Shown here: piece by piece, positions 21,501 to 32,400 of the stretch
Position numbering within the stretch: the first letter of the stretch is position 1
Layout: each line of letters opens with the position of its first letter
NCBI GenBank assembly: GCA_973895155.1
Contig: OZ316892.1
Span: forward strand, 322,817-386,816
DNA length: 64,000 nucleotides
Direction of reading: 5' to 3'
From: Marsupella aquatica
Taxonomy: Eukaryota > Plantae > Marchantiophyta
Position numbers and translations under genes: made by a program
Notes under the pieces: generated by a model
The model's database searches: none
Told to the model about the DNA's origin: nothing
Seen by the model: only the letters and a program-made list of their open reading frames with translations

Positions 21501-23235
21501 GGCCAGCTTCAAGGCCGACCTAAGGGAGAAGGACGAGATGCTCGAACAGACTTACGCCAAGATGAACCAGATGGAGTCTGTCATCATTGCAGAGCTCGAC
21601 AAGGAGCTAAGAGCAACCCAGGAGGAGAGGGCTACCTTGAAGAAGGAATTGGAGGTAGCCCACAGGGAGCAGGAGGAGGCCAAAAACGAGCTGGAGGGGG
21701 CACGTAAGGACCTGGATGAAACCCAAGAGGAGTTGGAGGAAATCACGAGGAAGATGGAGAACCTACAGCGGCGGGCCGACAACCAAACAGAGCGGCTGAA
21801 GAAACAAGCCACAGTATTTAAATGCTTAGCCGCAGCAGGTCCATCTCCCGTTGGGACAAACCAGTTACCAGGGGTGGTAATTGCCGAAGGACAAGCCGCG
21901 TCAACTGCACCAGTGCCGAAAGTAAGTGGGAAGGGGAAGGGACCAGCTGCCGAGCCACCAACGAAGAAGAAGCGGAAACCTCCAGGGTCAAGGAGTAATA
22001 CGACTTCACAGGCCGTGGTGATCAAGGAGGTAGACCCAGCACCGACCCTAGACAGGGTCACGGCTAAGGATCCAACTACCCTAGGGGAAGGGGAGGCCGA
22101 AGCCGAGGGAGTGGCTGAAGCCGAAGCCGTGGGAGTGGCTGAGGCCGAAGCCGTGGGTATTGCCGAGGCCGGTGTCGAGGCTGAAGCCGAAGGTGGACCC
22201 AGTCAGGCCGATGGAGAGTTGACTCGGTCAAGGGCAGGTAATCTGTCAGTAGGCGGGCCAACGGCAGTGGCTGAGGAGGAAGTGTTGGGGGCGTCCATTG
22301 AGGATCCACCACCGGTGTCGTGACGGTGCAAGGGCACCGTTCCTTTTAGGGAAGGCGGACGTGGAGGGAGGAGGCGTGAGTGGGCAGGGCGGGCGCGGAT
22401 CTCCACGTTTAGGATTAGGATCAGAACCAGGAGCGGCCCTGACACTTAGCTTAGTGGGATTGCGGTCCCACTGGTAGGAGCAACACTTGTGCTCCTGCCT
22501 TGCTGTACATAGGTAGATTCGGGCAAGTAGATTACTGTTAAGTAGATTAGGCTTACGATGCAAAGAATGGCGGATCCACTACCAGGACAAGTACCTGGGC
22601 AGCGGGGAGCTCAGGGCCTCTTCTTTAGCAAGTTTTTAGTTTGCACCAGCCGGGCTGGGATCAAGTAGTACGAGAAGCTCTCGGTTAGTCATACAGTGAC
22701 CCTTGTGTATATTCATGTTTCCTCATGCCTAAGAGCTGAATAGAGTTGGCCTCACAGCTTAGTTCGCAGAACTTGTGTATGAGATGTACTGTTTGTATGG
22801 CAAGTGCATGGTATGACTCAGTCAGAATGAGTCATTTTGCTATTTGTGTGTCGCATTAACTTGTGTGAAGAGTGCCCACATCAACAGAAGGAAGGAAAGT
22901 AAGCAGGGGAGTGAGAGTTGGATGTGTCGAGCTGAGAGAGGTCTTAGCGGCTTAACCAAGCCTATTGGGGATCATTCCGGCGGCGGAATCCAAACATACC
23001 TAACAGGAAGACAGGGGAAGACAGAGGAAGGCCTATATTAGGCCGGCTACGTATCTCATGACCCGATGAAGGATCTGTCCAGTATATGTGTGTAAAATGT
23101 TAATAGTAGTAGTAGAAGGTTAGCAGCGTCCCATGCCGCTAAGCCGCGGAAACGGCCTCGCCAAGCACGAAACCTGCGGGAATCGGCTTGAGCTGGGGGG
23201 TTTCTTGGGTTTAGGGAGCCATGGGACGCACCACA
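18579..23235 (+). repeat. 5' LTR (4,657 bp)
   Basis: Direct repeat of 29460-34123 with TG..CA ends, followed by the PBS. Confidence 0.95.
18952..22323 (+). pseudogene. LTR-encoded ORF (~1,120 codons; putative Transposase_28/PMD-like N-terminal domain plus long coiled coil), one internal stop at 20257
   Basis: ORFs 18655..20259 and 20332..22323 share a frame and are split by a TAG that is CAG in the 3' LTR. The domain family is an inference. Confidence 0.75.
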
Positions 23236-23239
23236 TTTT

Positions 23240-23257
23240 TGGCGCTAGATGGAGGGG
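23240..23257 (+). other. Primer-binding site, tRNA-Asn type
   Basis: TGGCGCTAGATGGAGGGG lies 4 nt after the LTR and is near-complementary to the plant tRNA-Asn 3' end (..CCCTCCTTCTAGCG-CCA). Confidence 0.75.
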
Positions 23258-23304
23258 GCATTTCTTAAGCCGTGAGATATGAAGTTAGAACGGAAGCGTA
23301 GGTA

Positions 23305-26298
23305 ATGACTGACCTTACGCCGAGGGAAGAAAGAGTGATTCAACGGGAGAGAGCTCGACTGCAGCAGCTCGCCGGGTGGCATGATACACAGCGACTGAGA
23401 GGGGCAGAAAGAGCTGGTAGCTCCGAAACTGGAAGTGGCGTCGAAGAAGACATACCAGAAGAAGAGTCGGTAAGGAGAAGTGAGTCTCCAACCGACATGG
23501 GGGAACCAGAGGCACGGCCAGACGAGAGGCCAGGGACCAGATTGAGCCAGCGGTCGTGCATACATTACAAAGCATTTCATGGGAGAGGAGATGAGGATCC
23601 GGACGAATGGTTGGATGATTTCGAGGGAACCGCTGCAGCAAATGGAGAATCGGCCATCAAGATGCAGATTCTTCCCGGCCTGTTCAAGGGTGAGGCTAGG
23701 CCTTGGTACAGAGCATTAGATGTGGAAGATCAAGCCATCTGGGATATCTTCAAAACACTCTTTGTTAAGGAGTTTCGACCCATTGGAACTTCAGAACTAG
23801 CAGTGCTGAAGTTGGGACAACTTCGGTTCAAGGAGAACAAATCCTTCAGGAAGTTCTTGCAACGCTTTCAGAAACTGGTAAGACGTACAAAGACCAATGC
23901 ATCTGAAGGTATGCAACTTCAATGGTTGGTGAATGCTTTGCCACAGAAGATGAGTTTTGCAATTAGGAAGGAGAACCCGGAGACTTTAGCCGAAGCAATT
24001 AAGGATATTCAATTATACATTAATGCAGATATCACAAGCCGGAAGAAACAGCTTAAGTCTGAGAGTTCCTCATCAGAGGAAGGATCAACCCATAAGAAAA
24101 ACGATAAGAAAAAGAAACATTCTAAGAAGTCAAGAAGTGATAACTCAAGCTCGGATAGTGGGAGTAGCAAGAGTGAGTCATCTTCTAGTTCTGAAGAAGA
24201 AAAAACTAGGAAAAGGAAGGGCAGAAGGAGAGGGAAGACGAAAGTCAAGATGGAGGCTAAGCCACCAGATAACATCGTAGCCCTTACCGAGCAACTTAAG
24301 GCTAACATTGCAGAGGTAAAACCAAAGAAGAAGGTAGTACAGGAGGATAGCTCTGTATGGTGTGCCTTATGTTATAAAACCGGACACCATAAAGATGCGT
24401 GTCCTAAGCTTAATACTAATCATGTTCGGCATGTGGCCGAGATCAGACCATGTCAGGGAGAAGTAGAGTACTTTTTGGGAGATGCCGCTGATAGTGTTTT
24501 CGGCATCAGTGAGACTGGAGCACGAGACCTATCCAACAGACCTGCATCTCTGTGGTCAGGATTAAGGAACAATCCAGGAGAGATGTATCCTCGGATTATT
24601 CAGAACCCGTCAGTACCTCCTAGGCCGAATGTGCAAAGATTTGTGGCGTGCTATAATTGTGGTCAACCTGGCCATTTTGCTAGAGAATGCCCGAATGCAC
24701 GCAAACAGGGTGATGGACAACCAGCTCAGCTATGTATGGGATGCCGACAGGAAGGTCATATGCTAGGGCAATGTCCTACTTGGTTGGCAGGCCTGGCCGC
24801 AAATCATAAGCTTTTGCCGATCAAGATCTTACCGCCAGGTACTACCCCCGGAGGAGTTCAAATCAACCACATCGAACTAGGATGGCAAGAGGATGCCGAG
24901 GCAGAGTTCGTACCATCTGATGATGAGGCCGAAGCCCTATCAACCTTCTCAGAGGAGGATTTAGATCATGATTGCTACCGGGTCTCTACTCGATCTACCA
25001 GAAGGAAGGAAAGGTGGGATGGGCTGGCCAAAAATAAAGGGAAGGTTACGGAGGAAAGGATCGACTCTTCGTCAACATCAACAGAAGGAGAAGGGAGGGC
25101 TCCGGCAATACAGGTAAGCCATGAGCCCACCAGTGAAACCAATCCTTCACAAGATAGCGACTTCAATCGAGATCATCCTAAGTTGTTCTACCCCTCTGTT
25201 ACGGCTAGTGTTAAGGAACAACTAAGAGAATTAGAAACCCTGGAGAATACCGAAGCCATTGCCAAGGATGTAAAACGAGCAAAAGCATTGTTTGCTTCGG
25301 AAGACCCAACAGCTGTGGAGACTAGCGTGGCAAAACTGGCCGAATCCAAGACGGAAACACCACCAGAAGAGAAGCCGATTGTTCCCTATGACCTGGCTAA
25401 AGATGTACTAGAATCTAGAGTCTCGGCAACAGTAGGTCAACTATTGAAAAATAGCCCGTACTTCCGGAAGCAATTAAGGAAGGCTATTCTCGGCAAGCCG
25501 AGATTACCCAAGGTAGCAACCAGATCCGACGTACTAATGATAGAAGAAGATCAAGGAGCCCCAGCATTACCATTAATGATTCAAGGAGAATTATTACTAC
25601 GGGTACCCATCGATGGAGGATCAGGGGTATGTATTATGATTGATTCAACAGCAAAAGGGTGGGGTCTAACACCGGAGATGACTGGAAGAGTCTTGAACAT
25701 GGCCAATGGATATCAGGTCATTCCGACGGGAGTGTTAACCGGCATCAAGACAGAGATAGGAGGTATCTTCTTTAGCATTAACTATGTAGTAATGAAGCCG
25801 GTAAATCCTACGTCATTCCGGCTATTGATTGGTAGGCCATGGCTGTACCTAGCCGAGGTAATAGAAGATTGGGGTAAAAAGCAGTTCACTTTCGGGACCC
25901 CCTCTATCACGGTATCCTGGGACACTAAGGATGACCGTAGGAAAAGCATAAGGGAAGTAGATGGGTACGATAGTGGACTGGAGTCAGCCGATGAAGTACG
26001 TTGGTTAGAATGCCTCACTAACCTAACCGAAGAAGGTGTCTTTGGACCAGAGGTACCCCCCAGCGGATTATGGCAAGAACCAATGGAAGGTGACTTGGAA
26101 GAAGAAGACGAAGAGGTCGAGGACTGCTTTACAATAGAATCCACCTTTTTAGCTGCAATTCCGGAGGAAGTTAAGGATGTAGACCAATTGGATGAAACGG
26201 CTAAGTGGGGAGCAGTAGCAGGGACAGTGGATTTTCTGCAGGCGTTGTGGCAGAGCCGACGGGGTCCACAACGCCATCGATCATTGACAAGGAATTAA
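23305..26298 (+). CDS. gag: Gypsy Gag-protease polyprotein (997 aa)
   Basis: Capsid-like FHGRGDEDPDEWLDDFE, three CCHC knuckles (CALC.., CYNCGQPGHFAREC, CMGC..), aspartic protease IDGGSG and LLIGRPW. Confidence 0.92.
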   Translation: MTDLTPREERVIQRERARLQQLAGWHDTQRLRGAERAGSSETGSGVEEDIPEEESVRRSESPTDMGEPEARPDERPGTRLSQRSCIHYKAFHGRGDEDPDEWLDDFEGTAAANGESAIKMQILPGLFKGEARPWYRALDVEDQAIWDIFKTLFVKEFRPIGTSELAVLKLGQLRFKENKSFRKFLQRFQKLVRRTKTNASEGMQLQWLVNALPQKMSFAIRKENPETLAEAIKDIQLYINADITSRKKQLKSESSSSEEGSTHKKNDKKKKHSKKSRSDNSSSDSGSSKSESSSSSEEEKTRKRKGRRRGKTKVKMEAKPPDNIVALTEQLKANIAEVKPKKKVVQEDSSVWCALCYKTGHHKDACPKLNTNHVRHVAEIRPCQGEVEYFLGDAADSVFGISETGARDLSNRPASLWSGLRNNPGEMYPRIIQNPSVPPRPNVQRFVACYNCGQPGHFARECPNARKQGDGQPAQLCMGCRQEGHMLGQCPTWLAGLAANHKLLPIKILPPGTTPGGVQINHIELGWQEDAEAEFVPSDDEAEALSTFSEEDLDHDCYRVSTRSTRRKERWDGLAKNKGKVTEERIDSSSTSTEGEGRAPAIQVSHEPTSETNPSQDSDFNRDHPKLFYPSVTASVKEQLRELETLENTEAIAKDVKRAKALFASEDPTAVETSVAKLAESKTETPPEEKPIVPYDLAKDVLESRVSATVGQLLKNSPYFRKQLRKAILGKPRLPKVATRSDVLMIEEDQGAPALPLMIQGELLLRVPIDGGSGVCIMIDSTAKGWGLTPEMTGRVLNMANGYQVIPTGVLTGIKTEIGGIFFSINYVVMKPVNPTSFRLLIGRPWLYLAEVIEDWGKKQFTFGTPSITVSWDTKDDRRKSIREVDGYDSGLESADEVRWLECLTNLTEEGVFGPEVPPSGLWQEPMEGDLEEEDEEVEDCFTIESTFLAAIPEEVKDVDQLDETAKWGAVAGTVDFLQALWQSRRGPQRHRSLTRN

Positions 26299-29200
26299 AT
26301 ACCAAGGGATCGGCATACAAGCCGATTACGAGGGCAGAACAAATTGAGGCCCTATTAGAAGCCGAGAGAGCACAGCGGCCTAACTCTCAGGAGCAAGAGG
26401 TGGATGAGATGGACAGACACGATCTAGAGCCAAGGCAGGAAGGGGAGCCGACCACTAATTCAAAACCAAATAGACCGGTAAGGGGACAATCTATGGACAC
26501 CAAGGAAGGGACCGACTCGGCTAGTCCAGCCGAGATCCCAGTTTATGGAGGTATGAGATTAGAGAGACTGGAAGCCGAACTGGACCCGAATTTGAAGAAG
26601 CAGATTAATATGATCCAAGCACGGCAATATCGGAAGCTCGACTTAGGAGAGGGAAGAGAACTGAACTTAGGGAGAAACCTAGCACCTGAGCTCGAGAAAG
26701 AGATCAGTGACTTATTGATTGAATTTCAGGATGTGTTTGCATGGAGTCACCAAGATCTAAAGGGAGTAGATCCAACACTAGGGGAACATCGAATTGATCT
26801 CATGTTAGGAGCCAAATCATTTCGACAACCAATTCGAAGGATGAACCCGAAGTATTCCCTGCTGGTCAAAACAGAAATCGACAAACTAGTGGAAGCTGGA
26901 TTCATCACTCTAGTCCTGCATTCAGACTGGGTGTCTCCAATTGTGATAGTTCCCAAGAAAGCTGGACCCGATGGTAAACCCAAGATCCGGGTTTGTCAGG
27001 ATTACAGGAAGCTGAATGAAGCAACATTAAAAGACCATTTTCCTTTACCGTTTACTGATATGGTACTAGACATGGTAGCCAGTCATGAACTATATTCATT
27101 CATGGATGGATACTCTGGTTATAACCAAATCAGGATTCGGCAGGAAGACCAAATCAAGACGGCCTTCATCACGGAATGGGGGATCTATGTCTTCAATCGT
27201 ATGCCGTTTGGACTCTGCAACGCACCAGCTATGTTCCAACGATTAATGGTGAACATTTTTCATGATTACTTGAGAAAGTTCATGGAAATCTTCATTGATG
27301 ACTTTGCAGTATTCGGGAAGGCATCGAAACATGCTAAATACCTCAGGAAAACCTTCATGAGATGTAGAGAGGTGGGTCTCAAGTTACACCCAGATAAATG
27401 TTTTTTTGCAGTAACCGAGGGGGTGCTACTAGGTCACAAGGTATCAAGGAAGGGCATTGAGATTGACAAAGGTAAGCTAGCAGTATGGCTAGATATCATG
27501 CAACCTAAGAACATAAAGGATGTAAGATCCTTCTTGGGATGCATTGGTTACTATCGCCGGTTCATCAAGGATTTTGCCAAGCTAGCTTTACCATTAACCA
27601 ATATGCTCAAGGCAGGAGCAGACTTCGAACCCACACCCGAACGAGTCACAGCGGTGGTAGAATTGAAGCAGATGTTAGTAGAGGCCCCAGTCATGATAGC
27701 ACCGGACTGGAACAAAGATTTTCATGTTTTTGTAGATGTCTCGGGCTTCTGTATTGGCTCAGTACTAAGTCAGTTGGATGAGAAAGGAAGGGACCATCCC
27801 ATATACTTCGCAAGCCGTCAGCTTGCCGATGCCGAACGGAACTACTCTACCACGGAAAGAGAAGCATTAGGAGTCATTTATTCTTGTAAAAAGTTTAGGC
27901 ATTATTTACTAGGGTACAAGGTAATCTTTCATACTGATCATGAAAGTTTGAAGTACCTAGTCAATAAGCCGGACCTTACAGGCAGAGTAGCAAGATGGAT
28001 TTTGCTATTACAGGAGTTTGACTATGAGCTGAGGATCAAGCCGGGAAAGTTACATGCCAATGCCGACTTCTTTTCAAGGATCACAGGTAAACCTGCCACG
28101 GATTGCATCGATGATCGATTCCCCGACGAGGAGCTATTCGTTGTGGAAATAGCTGGTACATGGTACCCTGAGATTTTACAATTTCTCAGCACTTCCAGAT
28201 TACAGCCAGGATTAAGCCGAGAGCAAGCCGCAGTCTTTGTGCGGAAGGTCAGACAGTATCAGTGCATTAAAGGCATACTGCACAAGCATGGAATCAACGG
28301 CACGATTCAAAGGTGTTTGGAAAAGAGAGAGGTAAAACAAGTCCTACGGGCCATGCATGGAGAGGAGGCCGGAGGACATTTTGCCCCAGTAACCACGTCT
28401 AAGAAGATATTAAATGCCGGTTATTGGTGGCCCACCTTGCACAAAGATGTCTATCAGTTTATCAAACAATGCGATCCTTGTCAACGAGCGGGAGGACCAA
28501 GGGCGTCCACCAGGCATCCACTGCACCCTATTCTACCTCTGGCACCATTCGAGAAGTGGGGTATTGATTACATTGGACCTCTGAAACCACTGACCCACCC
28601 TCGACGGAACAAGTACATAATCCTGGCTACGGATTATGCAACTAAATGGGTAGAGGCCAGACCAACAACGAAGGATGATGCAATTACTACGGCTAGATTC
28701 ATGTATGAGCAGATCTTCACCAGGTATGGAGCACCCCTAGAATTAGTTAGTGATAGAGGAACCCATTTTTTGAATGATATAATTAGTCGTTTAAATGAGC
28801 AGTATTTAGTTAAACATAGGCCTACTACTCCCTACCATCCAAAGGCAAACGGGTTGACAGAACGAGCAAACGGAATCATAGGAAAGATATTGAACAAGAC
28901 AGTAGCTCAGAACAAACTCGATTGGGATGATAAATTGTTTGCTGCTGTTTTTGCTTACAATCTTGCCTATAAATCCACTACCGGTCATACACCCTTCTTC
29001 TTAACCTTTGGACAAGAAGCCCTGGTACCCATGCAACTTGAGATACCAACATTTCAAGTTACAATTGAGGAAAGAGCCTCAGCGGAGGAGAGCCTAAAGG
29101 AGCGAGAATATAGGTTAGAAGCTTTAGAGGAAGCGAGAATGATTTCAGCCGAGAGAGTAGAATATAGACAGAATATCATGAAGCAGCAGTATGATAAAAG

Positions 29201-29471
29201 GTTAAAAGTAGTTAGTATTCATACCGGTGATCTTGTGCTACTTTATGACAGTAGGTATAGTAGGTTTCCAGGAAAGCTTTACACTCGCTGGTTAGGACCC
29301 TTTAGAGTAACCATGATGTTCCCCAATGGCTCCGTACAATTGGCCAACATTACGGGAGAGGTATATCCAGTTCGCATCCATTATGACCGCCTCAAGAAAT
29401 ACTATATGGACGAAGATGAAGTTGTTCGCATGGACGCTTCACAATTAAGTGGGGAACTATGTGATGCCTAG
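26205..29471 (+). CDS. pol: Gypsy Pol: RT - RNase H - integrase (-1 frame relative to gag); its stop codon lies inside the 3' LTR
   Basis: RVCQDYRKLN, MPFGLCNAPA, FIDD; VFVDVSG, YSTTEREAL; HHCC, WGIDYIGP, SDRG, GLTER. The ORF is uninterrupted. Confidence 0.95.
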   Translation: MGSSSRDSGFSAGVVAEPTGSTTPSIIDKELNTKGSAYKPITRAEQIEALLEAERAQRPNSQEQEVDEMDRHDLEPRQEGEPTTNSKPNRPVRGQSMDTKEGTDSASPAEIPVYGGMRLERLEAELDPNLKKQINMIQARQYRKLDLGEGRELNLGRNLAPELEKEISDLLIEFQDVFAWSHQDLKGVDPTLGEHRIDLMLGAKSFRQPIRRMNPKYSLLVKTEIDKLVEAGFITLVLHSDWVSPIVIVPKKAGPDGKPKIRVCQDYRKLNEATLKDHFPLPFTDMVLDMVASHELYSFMDGYSGYNQIRIRQEDQIKTAFITEWGIYVFNRMPFGLCNAPAMFQRLMVNIFHDYLRKFMEIFIDDFAVFGKASKHAKYLRKTFMRCREVGLKLHPDKCFFAVTEGVLLGHKVSRKGIEIDKGKLAVWLDIMQPKNIKDVRSFLGCIGYYRRFIKDFAKLALPLTNMLKAGADFEPTPERVTAVVELKQMLVEAPVMIAPDWNKDFHVFVDVSGFCIGSVLSQLDEKGRDHPIYFASRQLADAERNYSTTEREALGVIYSCKKFRHYLLGYKVIFHTDHESLKYLVNKPDLTGRVARWILLLQEFDYELRIKPGKLHANADFFSRITGKPATDCIDDRFPDEELFVVEIAGTWYPEILQFLSTSRLQPGLSREQAAVFVRKVRQYQCIKGILHKHGINGTIQRCLEKREVKQVLRAMHGEEAGGHFAPVTTSKKILNAGYWWPTLHKDVYQFIKQCDPCQRAGGPRASTRHPLHPILPLAPFEKWGIDYIGPLKPLTHPRRNKYIILATDYATKWVEARPTTKDDAITTARFMYEQIFTRYGAPLELVSDRGTHFLNDIISRLNEQYLVKHRPTTPYHPKANGLTERANGIIGKILNKTVAQNKLDWDDKLFAAVFAYNLAYKSTTGHTPFFLTFGQEALVPMQLEIPTFQVTIEERASAEESLKEREYRLEALEEARMISAERVEYRQNIMKQQYDKRLKVVSIHTGDLVLLYDSRYSRFPGKLYTRWLGPFRVTMMFPNGSVQLANITGEVYPVRIHYDRLKKYYMDEDEVVRMDASQLSGELCDA
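26229..26275 (+). promoter_or_regulatory. Candidate -1 programmed ribosomal frameshift signal
   Basis: G GAT TTT (26229-26235) in the gag frame, 5-nt spacer, then a perfect 10-bp stem GGCGTTGTGG (26241-26250) / CCACAACGCC (26266-26275) inside the gag/pol overlap. Confidence 0.75.
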
Positions 29472-32400
29472 ACAGGAATCACTCGGCCGGTTAAGTGGGT
29501 AAAGCAGGAAGGCACCCTAGGAACACCTTAGTATAGGGACAAAACAAGGAAAATATAAACAATTAGGGGCAACCATGGAACCCGGGCCGAGGCCGGAGGT
29601 AAGGCTGAGGGTGAAAACCCGATTAGGGTTAGGGCGCGTTAAGCGTCGGCGGCTAGGAAGGATCAACGGGAAGAAGGACCAGCAGAGGAGAGGGGTAAGG
29701 AGCGCTTGCAGGAGATGGTGGCTCATTTGCGAGCACGAACTAGGCAGACGACTACGGGAGGCCAACTACTGTCAGCTGCTTAGGCAAGCACTCGGGAGAG
29801 AGTAGATACCGACGATCGACCTAAGGAGGGTATGAGCAACGTCAATCAAGCGGCACATTTCTGGGGATGCCTGTTCGAACGGGCAACTGAGTACATCAAG
29901 ACTTACGAGGACGAGGAGTCAGAAAGGGCAGCTCGAGAACGGCAGGAGCTCGCTCGATTGTGGGAGCTGCACAAGACGGCTTTCTTAGGAGGCGAACTCA
30001 TCAAGGACGAGTTCCTGTGGACGCCTACTTCCAATCAACTCGACGATCTTCTGTTTTGCAAAGACAGCGTCGTCGGCATCCGAGAGGCCATCAAGAACTG
30101 CAACGACATACACTGGGAATTAAAGGGTAGCACGGAAAGGTGGACCCGGGCAACGGTGCTAGGAGAAACCTCCACGGCAGCAGAGATGAAGAGGAAGGGA
30201 GCCGTCAACGATGAAGCCACCCCGGCAAAAAGAACGAGGTCGGCGGCACCAAAGAAGCCAGCCGAGCAGCAGAGCAGGAGGTAGGGAGAAGCCGAAGAGG
30301 AGGAGGTCGATCCCATCAAGGCCATTCCAACCAGGGATGACACCTAGAAGGGCTGGGCGGCAACCCTACCGGTGGAGGTGCAACTACATTTTGCACGGGA
30401 GGAGGATGCATGCTTTACGGCCATGCAGACCAAGAAGTACCAAGGCTTCATGGCCGGATCCGGCTTGGAGGCCTTTGTAAGATTACCATGGCTGAAGCCG
30501 GAGGTACCGGAGTCAGACCTATTAGAATTCGTGGGGTCATGGGAACCCGAGACCAATTGCACGAGGATATATGGGAAGGATTTCTATCTTACTCCCAAGG
30601 TAATTGCCGAAGTGTTTGGCTTGCCGATGGGCAATAAGACCAAAGTTGATACCAGGAAGACCTTGCCTGACAAGGAGTTCCGGTCGTTCCCCGGGCCATC
30701 AACGAAGAATGGCTTCTTCCGGAACACCTGCACCAACCCGCACATAGGAGAGATGATCGACTTCTTGCGGGTGACCATGCATTGTAACTTGCCGAGGGCA
30801 GAGATCGGCAAGGCACAGGTCTATCTGGCAGAAAGGCCAGACCCAAGCCGGGACTACAACGGGTGCCTCCTCAACCAATTGAAGAAGATCTTAAAGGAGG
30901 AGCAGCAGGTAATCGGCATGGGGAGCGTGTCGCGGCTTGGCTATCACATGCCGCTGTTGTGCCGGTATGCCAGAGGTCAGACTTTTGCCCCGGTACTTCC
31001 CCTGCAGGTAAGGGCACCCGAGGAAGCTCCAACACCAAGGCCGTTGGCTGAGAAGCCTCCACCACCTGTTAGTCCTACGATCGAGCAGGTGTTTAGGCCC
31101 AGGAAGGAAGACTTGCCGATGCAGCAACCAGGCATGCAGAGTCTGCTGAAACTACTGGAGAAAGAAAAGAAATCGGCATCGGCAACAACAACAACAACGG
31201 CAACGGCAACAATGCAGGACACTACTACAGAGGTAGGCCTACACCGGCTCACAAGAGAAAACCCCTTTGCTGGAGACAAGGAGAGAATCAGGCCGGAATC
31301 CAAGCCAGGTGTTCGAATGTACGTGGGAACCTCAAGCTCCGAATCTGAGGCAGAATTGCCTGAAGCTCCTACCGACGAAGAGGAGAGGGAGAAGCCGGAC
31401 GTCCAAGAGGTAGAGGAGGCAGTGGAGGACTGCAGCCATGATAATTCCGGCTATGGGTCGGACCATCACGTTCCAGGAGTAAGGACCTGTGGCCGGTTTG
31501 TCCCCACACTTCCAAGGGTAGTGCGAGGGGACCCCAACCAGCAGAGTAGCCCTGAGTCTCCCCCACCAGATGTTGCTCCCCCGAGCTTCGACGGCATAAA
31601 ACAGACGGTGCAGGAATTTCAGGAGCGAATCAAGCAGGAGGAGGAGGCCGTCCTGGCTAAGGAAAAGGATTTACCAGGAGGAGATTGGCCGGAGGACATC
31701 AGGCGGCTAGCCAAAAAAGGAAGCAAACCTCTAGCCACGATTGAAGAGATCCGCAGGACGGCTTGGGAGCAGAGGCCGCGATGGGCGATGCCGATCACTT
31801 CTACTTACTCCACCTACGCTAAGAATAGAGCCATGGAGTATGGTGAGATGTGTGGGGAACTTGCGCTCGGCATCTTTGGAGAGGAGTTGGAGGTAGGACC
31901 CTTTTTCCATAGGGAGCAGTTGGAGAAGCACCAATTAGCAGAAGCGGTGGCTTTAGAGAGAAGCAAGAAGGACGAGGTCATTCGGCGGCTTAGGAGGATG
32001 GAAGTCGAGATTGAAGATCTAAGGGCGGCCAAGAAAGCCCAAGATGAACTGCGGATTAAACGACATGAGCTGAACATCATGCAGGGGCAGTTGGACACCA
32101 CGCAGGCTGATAATCAGAATATCAAGGATAAACTGACTCAGACGCAGGAAGAGTTGGCCGACACGATCAAAGAGAGGGAGAAGTGGAAGCAAGAGCTGAA
32201 GAATACAGAGGAGGCCCACATAACAGCCAACAGCCGGGCCATGGCGGAGACCCAAAGAAAGGAATGGGCGTTGAAAGGGGAGCTCGAGAAAATCCGCGGA
32301 GCCCTTGAGCAGAAGGAGGCCGAGTTAGGGAAATCCTATCAAGGGATTATGGCGCTGCAGCAGGAGCTTGCGTCCCTGACGGCCAGCTTCAAGGCTGACC

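Noticed and set aside
18579-23235. LTR ORF as an env gene
   Set aside because: No signal peptide or transmembrane segment is evident; the protein is charged and coiled-coil.
23240-23248. TGGCGCTAG as a half-site of the MULE palindrome
   Set aside because: It is explained as the tRNA-complementary PBS.
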